Shown in pieces: positions 35,516 to 40,817 of a stretch of 40,817 bases of DNA (within the stretch, counting starts at the first letter, position 1; the number at the start of each line of letters is the position of its first letter). Source of the stretch: Candidatus Hadarchaeales archaeon (lineage in GTDB: Archaea; Hadarchaeota; Hadarchaeia; Hadarchaeales; WYZ-LMO6). The notes under the pieces are model-generated. The model had not been told where the DNA came from. It saw only the letters and a program-made list of their open reading frames with translations, and ran no database searches. The stretch spans positions 1-40,817 of the forward strand of contig JAWCKR010000013.1 of NCBI GenBank assembly GCA_038851755.1, in the 5' to 3' direction. The position numbers and the translations under genes were made by a program.

Positions 35516-35782
35516 TTACTTCTTTTTCCTCTTGGGCTTCTCCTCCACACTGGGTGGCGAGACATCCTTGGTGGTAGCCATGATCCATCCCAGCCAGAAA
35601 CCGAGACCGGCCAGGACGAGCATACCACCGGCCACGGGCACCACCACCCACAGGGGAGCGTTGTACCCCCCGAACTTCCAGATCTGCCACCACCTGCCCA
35701 GCGGGAAGAGGATGTAGAGGGCCGCTATGATGACGCACGCCACACACAGCACGGCTCCGAGTGCCCTTGAACCCGCTCCCAT
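35516..35782 (-). CDS. Small two-TM membrane protein
   Basis: Two hydrophobic helices, WLGWIMATT and a basic tail; TTTAAA element upstream at about 35813-35818. Confidence 0.8.
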   Translation of the reverse strand: MGAGSRALGAVLCVACVIIAALYILFPLGRWWQIWKFGGYNAPLWVVVPVAGGMLVLAGLGFWLGWIMATTKDVSPPSVEEKPKRKKK

Positions 35783-35831
35783 GCCGCACCTCGAGGAACT
35801 GGGAACACCCCCTTTAAATAGTTTCCCGCCC

Positions 35832-36340
35832 TCACCGCTTCTCCATCCTGACCCAGTGATGCCCCGTCTGGAGATCCACGTTGGGGTTGAAGAGGGCGCT
35901 GTCCGTCAGGATGTAGTCTCCCTGTCCGTTGGTCCAGGCGTAGCCGTAGCCGTTGGGGAGCTCCACCGAGGGCTGCGTTCCCGTGCCGAACTCCGCCAGC
36001 CCTGGCGCCGGATCGTAGGTCTCCACACCGCGAATCACCTGGCTCCAGCTCTTGGAGATCCTCTCCATCGCGGCCTCCTGGTTGGAGAAGGTCGAGGATA
36101 TAACCCTCTCCACCTCGTTCTGCGCCTGCGTCACGGCCTGGTGTCTTTCCATGGTTTTCTCCAGATGGGTCTGCCAGAGCTGGACCAGCAACTGGGAGTA
36201 CCGCTCCAACCATCTAGGGTTCCACCTGAAGGAGTGCAGGACCGCCATGAGCCTCTTGGCGTTTTCAGGGGAGAGGTTCTCTCTGGCTCTGAGCGACCAA
36301 AGGCCGCTGGCGTAATTTCCAGCAAAGTCAAAACTGCGCT
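35832..36340 (-). pseudogene. Probable 5'-truncated remnant of a larger hypothetical protein
   Basis: The frame stays open upstream of the ATG at 36248 (…GLWSLRARENLSPENAKRLMAVLHSFRWNPRW…) up to the T-tract at about 36371 with no further start codon. C-terminus WSQVIRGVETY..VELPNGYGYAWTNGQGDYILTD looks protein-like. The 5' limit is approximate. Confidence 0.55.
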
Positions 36341-36360
36341 CAGAACCGGCAAAATTTTGG

Positions 36361-36374
36361 AAGAAAAAAAATTA
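36361..36374 (-). terminator. Oligo-T terminator of the 3-hydroxyacyl-CoA dehydrogenase gene
   Basis: T-run on the minus strand about 10 nt after the stop codon. Confidence 0.55.
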
Positions 36375-36380
36375 GGGCCT

Positions 36381-37568
36381 CTACTCGTAGGTGTAGAAGC
36401 CCTTCTTGGTCTTTTGACCCAGCTCTCCCTTCTTCACCATTTCCTCGAGCAGCGGGCTGGGCTTGTAGAAGGGTCCGTACTTGGCCGAGATCTCCTTGAG
36501 CTTCTGGACCACCACGTCTATCCCCAGGGAGTCAGCAATTTCGAGGAAGCCCATCGGCAGGTTGAACCCCAGCTTGAGCGCCTTGTCGATGTCGTCCCTG
36601 GTGGCCACTCCGTTCCTTATGAGTTCCGCCGCCATGTTGATGCCCACATAGGTGGGGATGAAGGGATCGAACTTCTCGGCCTTCTCGAAGGGAAGGTCGA
36701 GGGGCACCCACTTCTTGTCGGGGTACTCGTAGAAGCCCTTCCCCGTCTTCACCCCCAGCTCACCCTTCTTCACCTTCTCCTCCAGCAGCGGGCTCATCTT
36801 GAACCCGGGCTCCCTCTCCTGCATGAACTTCGAGACGCTGTAGGCTATGTCTATGCCAGTGTAGTCCAGCAGCCCGAACATCCCCATGGGCATTCCGGCC
36901 TTGTGTATGGCCGCGGCGTCCACCTCCTCCACCGTGTACTCCCCGTTGTACACCATCCAGTGCACCAGGTTCGAGCCCGTGATCGTGCACCGGTTGGCTA
37001 TGAAGCCCGGAACGTCCTTGTTCACTATGACGGGTTCTTTCCCCCACTTCTTCGCCAGCTCCGCCGTGATCCTCACCACCTCGTCGCTCGTCTTGTCCCC
37101 CTTTATCACCTCCACCAGCCTCATGAGCTGCGGCGGGTTGAAGAAGTGCATCCCCACCACCTTCTCGGGTCTGGTGGTGGCGGAGGCCATCTCCGAGATG
37201 GGGAGAGCGCTGGTGTTGCTGGCCAGGATGGCGTGCTTGGGGGCGTTCTTGTCCACCTCCCTGAAGGTTTCCTTCTTCAGGTCCAGCTTCTCCGGGATAG
37301 CCTCTATCACGAAGTCCACATCCTTCACGGCGTCCGCCAGGGAGACGAACTTCTTCACCCTCTTCAAAGCCGCATCCGCATCCTCCTGGCTGATCTTCCC
37401 CTTCTGCGCCATCTTGTCCAAGCTCCACTTTATCTTATCAATCCCGGCCTGGACGAACTCGTCGCTGATATCCCTCAGGTTGACCTCCATTCCGCTCATC
37501 GCCGCCACCTGAGCTATTCCGTGACCCATGGCCCCTGCCCCGAGAACCGCTACTTTCTTTATTTCCAT
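36381..37568 (-). CDS. 3-Hydroxyacyl-CoA dehydrogenase (NAD-binding domain plus two C-terminal domains)
   Basis: VLGAGAMGHGIA, IEAIPE, ASNTS, GMHFFNP, PGFIANR, and duplicated PMG...GID...G.KT.KGFY.Y. Confidence 0.95.
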   Translation of the reverse strand: MEIKKVAVLGAGAMGHGIAQVAAMSGMEVNLRDISDEFVQAGIDKIKWSLDKMAQKGKISQEDADAALKRVKKFVSLADAVKDVDFVIEAIPEKLDLKKETFREVDKNAPKHAILASNTSALPISEMASATTRPEKVVGMHFFNPPQLMRLVEVIKGDKTSDEVVRITAELAKKWGKEPVIVNKDVPGFIANRCTITGSNLVHWMVYNGEYTVEEVDAAAIHKAGMPMGMFGLLDYTGIDIAYSVSKFMQEREPGFKMSPLLEEKVKKGELGVKTGKGFYEYPDKKWVPLDLPFEKAEKFDPFIPTYVGINMAAELIRNGVATRDDIDKALKLGFNLPMGFLEIADSLGIDVVVQKLKEISAKYGPFYKPSPLLEEMVKKGELGQKTKKGFYTYE

Positions 37569-37640
37569 CTGCTCACCTCTTTTTTTGAAGTAGTTCTAAC
37601 TGCCCCCATATATTTTTTGTGGAGAGGAGGAAGGGAAAAA

Positions 37641-38300
37641 ATGCGGGAGCAGGAAGTGGAGGGTCTTCGGGCCATCCTTCATTCCGTTGAAGCCTCTCGG
37701 GCCTGTGTGATCATGTGCCACGGCCTCTTCGGGAGTATGTACAGCCCTAAGTACATCGAACTCTCCGAGGAACTAGGGCGCAGGGGGCTCTCCTCCCTCA
37801 GGTTCAACCAGGGGACCGGAGAAGGTGGAAAGCAGGCCACCCTCACCCAGAGGATAGAAGACTTGAAGAAGATGGTCACCTTCGCACGCTCGCTCGGGCA
37901 CAGGAGGATAGGGCTGATGGGGAGCAGCCTGGGTGGATGCGTGGCCCTCCTCTTTTCCTCCCTGCAGGGGGGCGTGCACGCCCTGGCTACCTGGGCCACG
38001 CCCTGCAGGCTGGAGGGACTCCTGGAGGGGAGCGAACTGGAAGAACTGGCGAGGGACGCGGAGAGATACCGTCCGCTCGAGGCCGTGCGCAGGGTGGGGG
38101 CCCCACTCCTTCTCCTGCACGGAACGGAGGACGAGCTGGTTCCCCCTCACCACTCCCGCGAACTCTTCGAGGAAGCCCTCCCACCCAAGCTGCTGCTCTG
38201 GGTGGAGGGGGCCGATCACAGGTTCACCCACGAAGGGAGGAGAAGGGTAGCCGTTGAGGTCACGGCGGAGTGGCTGGAGAGAAAGCTGCTCTGCCCCTGA
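37641..38300 (+). CDS. Alpha/beta hydrolase
   Basis: ATG at 37641; CHG, GSSLG nucleophile elbow, HGTEDELVP and GADH complete a Ser-Asp-His triad. Confidence 0.9.
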   Translation: MREQEVEGLRAILHSVEASRACVIMCHGLFGSMYSPKYIELSEELGRRGLSSLRFNQGTGEGGKQATLTQRIEDLKKMVTFARSLGHRRIGLMGSSLGGCVALLFSSLQGGVHALATWATPCRLEGLLEGSELEELARDAERYRPLEAVRRVGAPLLLLHGTEDELVPPHHSRELFEEALPPKLLLWVEGADHRFTHEGRRRVAVEVTAEWLERKLLCP

Positions 38301-38330
38301 CCCAGGGGAGAAAAAGAGGGGAAAGGGGGA

Positions 38331-38618
38331 CTACTTCTTTATCTTTTCGATGAACTCCTCCACGGCCACGGCCGGAAGGCTCATCACCTTCAGCGTCCCC
38401 CTGGAACCCAGCTCGATGGAGATGCGGGCTATGGTTTCATTGTTCGGGGCCTCCACGATGTTGACGAAGTCGTAGGGACCGAGCACGGCGTACTGCTTCA
38501 GCACCTTGGCCCCGAAGGCTTCGATTTCCTTGTTGACCTCCAGAATGCGGGTGGGTTTCTCCTTGAGGGTCTTCCTCCCCTCCGCCGTCAGTATGGACAA
38601 CAGGACGTAGGTCGGCAT
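38331..38618 (-). CDS. GYD domain-containing protein
   Basis: MPTYVLLS.LT.EG, YAVLGPYDFVNIVEAP and LGSRGT. Confidence 0.88.
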   Translation of the reverse strand: MPTYVLLSILTAEGRKTLKEKPTRILEVNKEIEAFGAKVLKQYAVLGPYDFVNIVEAPNNETIARISIELGSRGTLKVMSLPAVAVEEFIEKIKK

Positions 38619-38627
38619 CAAATCTCT

Positions 38628-39338
38628 CTACGATTTCCGTTTAAAAAAGGTGATGGTCGAGAGGCAGCGCAGGGCTTCCTCCAGATCCCTCACTTCGCAG
38701 TCTCTCCTGCCCGAGAAGGTCTCCCCCCTCCTGTTGACCCATATAGTCTTCATCCCTGCCTCCCAGGCCGGCACGATGTCATGGGTGGTGCTGTCACCCA
38801 CCATCACGCTCTCCTCCGCCCTGGCTCCTGCGAGCTCCAGGGCCCTCAGGTAGTACTCCTTCTTCGTCTTCCTTATCCCTATGTTGTGATCGCCGAGCAC
38901 GCAGTGGAAGTACTTCTTGCCCCCCACCCTCTCCACGGAGGAAGCCTTCTGGGGGGCGTTCTCGGAGGTGGCGAGGCACAACCTGTACCTGCCTGAGACC
39001 TCGTCCAGAAAACGGAAGGCCTCGGGGAAGAAGGTGGGGTTCCTCCAGCACTCCTCCATGGCCCTCTCGAAAGCCGAGGTAATCCTGGAGGCCAGCTCCT
39101 CCCGGTAGGGCCTCCCCAGCTTCTGGAAGATCAGACGGCAGTGGAACTCCCTGTCGTCGTGCCTCTCCGGGTACCACCTGTGCACCGTGTCCCTGTGGAC
39201 CTCGAAGAGGTAGAGCCTCCAAAGCTCCCTCCCCGTGATTCCCAGCTCAAGGGCTGGACCCTCAAAGTGGGCCACGAACTTGGAATCGGAGTCGTGGAGG
39301 GTGTTATCGTAGTCCACGAACACGTTCTTTATCGTCAC
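38628..39338 (-). CDS. HAD family hydrolase
   Basis: VFVDYDNTL, LATS, K, and MVGDSTTHDI...AGMKTIWVNR. Confidence 0.9.
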   Translation of the reverse strand: MTIKNVFVDYDNTLHDSDSKFVAHFEGPALELGITGRELWRLYLFEVHRDTVHRWYPERHDDREFHCRLIFQKLGRPYREELASRITSAFERAMEECWRNPTFFPEAFRFLDEVSGRYRLCLATSENAPQKASSVERVGGKKYFHCVLGDHNIGIRKTKKEYYLRALELAGARAEESVMVGDSTTHDIVPAWEAGMKTIWVNRRGETFSGRRDCEVRDLEEALRCLSTITFFKRKS

Positions 39339-39390
39339 AGAGGAAGAAGGAGGAGAGAGACTTAAGCCTTGCCTCCCGGAGGGAGAGTGA

Positions 39391-39828
39391 ATGAGAGGGA
39401 CCTATGCCCTCATTTTGCACGTACCCTTCGACCTGCAGCTCAAAGTGGGCGAGCTGGGGGTGAGGAGCTTCAGGGAAGGATATTACGCCTACGTGGGCTC
39501 GGCCCTCTCAGGTGTGGAAGGGAGGGTGCGCAGACACCTCAGGAAGGAAAAACCCTCGCACTGGCACATAGATTACCTCAGGATGAGGGCCGTGGTGGTA
39601 GACCTGGTGAAGGCCGAAAGCAGGGTGAGGAAGGAGTGCAGGGTGGCGAAGGAACTGGCCGACCTACCCTCGGTGCTGGGGTTCGGGTCCAGCGACTGCC
39701 GCTGCACCAGTCACCTCTTCTACCACCCCGACAGGCACACCCTCACGGAAAGGGTCATACGCGCTTTCAGGAAGGCCGGGCTCAGACCCGAGAGGGGATG
39801 GGAGCCCCTCCCAGGAAGGGGGCGCTGA
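39391..39828 (+). CDS. GIY-YIG (Uri superfamily, DUF123) nuclease family protein
   Basis: GTYALIL, GYYAYVGSA, HWHIDYL and GFGSSDCRCTSHL. Confidence 0.9.
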   Translation: MRGTYALILHVPFDLQLKVGELGVRSFREGYYAYVGSALSGVEGRVRRHLRKEKPSHWHIDYLRMRAVVVDLVKAESRVRKECRVAKELADLPSVLGFGSSDCRCTSHLFYHPDRHTLTERVIRAFRKAGLRPERGWEPLPGRGR

Positions 39829-40466
39829 TGGCCTGGAGGAGGGAGGAAGCCTACCGCAGACTGGCCAGGAAGATGGGTTACAGGGCCAGGTCGGCCTTCA
39901 AGCTGAAGCAGCTCAGCTCCCGCTATTCCCTCCTGCACAGGGGGGAGGTGGTGGTGGACCTGGGGGCGGCCCCGGGGGGATGGATGCAGGTATCCAGGGA
40001 GGAGGTGGGTGAGGAGGGTTTCGTGCTGGGGGTGGACCTCCAGCCCATTCCCCCCTTCCAGGAACCCAACGTGCGCACCCTGGTGGGAGACCTCCTGGAT
40101 CCCTCCACGGCGGAGCTGATCCTCTCCCATCTCCCCAGGAAGGCCGATGTGCTCCTTTCCGACGCCTCGCCCAAGATCTCCGGGGTTTGGAGGGTGGACC
40201 ATGCCAGGTCACTGGAACTGGCGGAGGCCGCCCTGCGCCTGGCGGAGAAAGTGCTGAGGGAAGGGGGAAAGGCCCTGATAAAGGTCTTTCAGGGGGAAGG
40301 GCTCGAGGACTTCCTGCGGGAGTTCCGAAGGAGGTTCGAGTTCACGAAGGTCTCGAAACCCCCTGCGTCCAGGAAGGGGAGCGCGGAGGTCTACGTAGTA
40401 GGGAAGGGATACAGGGGGATCAGCGGAAGAGCTCCTCGATCTTCTCAAAGGGGGCATCCGTCCTGA
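39828..40466 (+). CDS. rlmE: 23S rRNA (uridine-2'-O)-methyltransferase RlmE/FtsJ
   Basis: GYRARSAFKL, DLGAAPGGW, SDASP, KVFQG and KPPASRKGSAEVY. Confidence 0.95.
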   Translation: MAWRREEAYRRLARKMGYRARSAFKLKQLSSRYSLLHRGEVVVDLGAAPGGWMQVSREEVGEEGFVLGVDLQPIPPFQEPNVRTLVGDLLDPSTAELILSHLPRKADVLLSDASPKISGVWRVDHARSLELAEAALRLAEKVLREGGKALIKVFQGEGLEDFLREFRRRFEFTKVSKPPASRKGSAEVYVVGKGYRGISGRAPRSSQRGHPS

Positions 40467-40817
40467 ACCCCGTGGGAGAGAAGTGGGTGCGCAGGGCTAG
40501 ATAACCCTCCCTCCCCAGTCCTTCCAGAATCTTCTCCAGCCTGGGGGGGGAGAGAGCCTTTCTCCTGGCCATGGCATGGGAGTCGTAGAAGAAGGGTGGT
40601 CCCTCCGCCTCCTCCGCGCAGAGCCTCAGCATCCTCGCCTCCAGCGCCCTGAGCCTGAAGTCAGAGGCCTCCACTTCCTTCAGGACCTCCTCCACGAACT
40701 TCTTCTCCCCCAGCCTCCCCAGCCACATCGGCCCGGAGACCTCCCTCTTCCTCCCGCATTCACAGGGCCCGCCCTCGGGCCTGCGAGAGGAAGACCTTCT
40801 CCCGCACCGACACGCCG
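40420..40817 (-). CDS. trm1: tRNA (guanine-26-N2)-dimethyltransferase, C-terminal part (truncated by window edge)
   Basis: CRCG...CECG...GPMWLG, PFFYD.H and RTHFSPTGFRTDAP. Confidence 0.9.
   Translation of the reverse strand, partial: ACRCGRRSSSRRPEGGPCECGRKREVSGPMWLGRLGEKKFVEEVLKEVEASDFRLRALEARMLRLCAEEAEGPPFFYDSHAMARRKALSPPRLEKILEGLGREGYLALRTHFSPTGFRTDAPFEKIEELFR

Noticed and set aside
35727-38300. 857-aa + strand ORF
   Set aside because: Most of it is the antisense shadow of the 3-hydroxyacyl-CoA dehydrogenase and the upstream remnant. Only the part from the ATG at 37641 is a real hydrolase.
802-40504. Many long Gly/Pro/Arg-rich alternative-frame ORFs (e.g. 26475-28364, 25669-27564, 22862-24532, 3067-4425)
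   Set aside because: They are by-products of high GC3 and purine-skewed codon use, overlap well-supported genes and carry no motifs.
1-40817. CRISPR array, rRNA, transposase or phage genes
   Set aside because: No spaced direct repeats, rRNA-like tracts or mobile-element motifs were seen. The DUF123 GIY-YIG protein is a common chromosomal archaeal gene and is not inside an intron here.

Overview
This is a gene-dense, GC-rich window from an archaeon. Evidence: archaeal-type ProRS, Trm1, an STT3/AglB-like protein, DUF2117, TATA-type promoters and strong AGG/ATA/GAG codon use. A thermophilic euryarchaeote such as Hadarchaeota is my inference and is not shown directly. From left to right it holds: the end of an acyl-CoA dehydrogenase; a decayed RelE-type toxin-antitoxin pair; an NDP-forming acyl-CoA synthetase; and a redox operon (alkyl-DHAP-synthase-like flavoprotein, CCG Fe-S protein, BON-fused GlpA-like dehydrogenase, FAD oxidoreductase, CxxC protein) divergent from an FGGY kinase. 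Next come a secreted GH113-like protein lacking its catalytic glutamates, a sphingosine-1-phosphate-lyase-like PLP enzyme, tRNA-Gly(TCC) with C at position 33, lsrF, and a 2017-aa multidomain surface protein with a small membrane-anchored neighbour. The right half is mostly housekeeping: Zn- and Fe-ADH, B3/4 protein, Xaa-Pro peptidase, proS, inositol-lipid genes, endonuclease IV, hisS, an AglB-like protein with EWSYG instead of WWDYG, 3-hydroxyacyl-CoA dehydrogenase, rlmE and trm1. The best leads for something new are a possible anaerobic ether-lipid processing pathway, the altered-motif oligosaccharyltransferase, two unannotated small ORFs (one is MAKKKAAKKKKAEKETTTISGCCR), the C33 tRNA and the giant surface protein. 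All family calls come from motif recognition by eye; no database searches were run.
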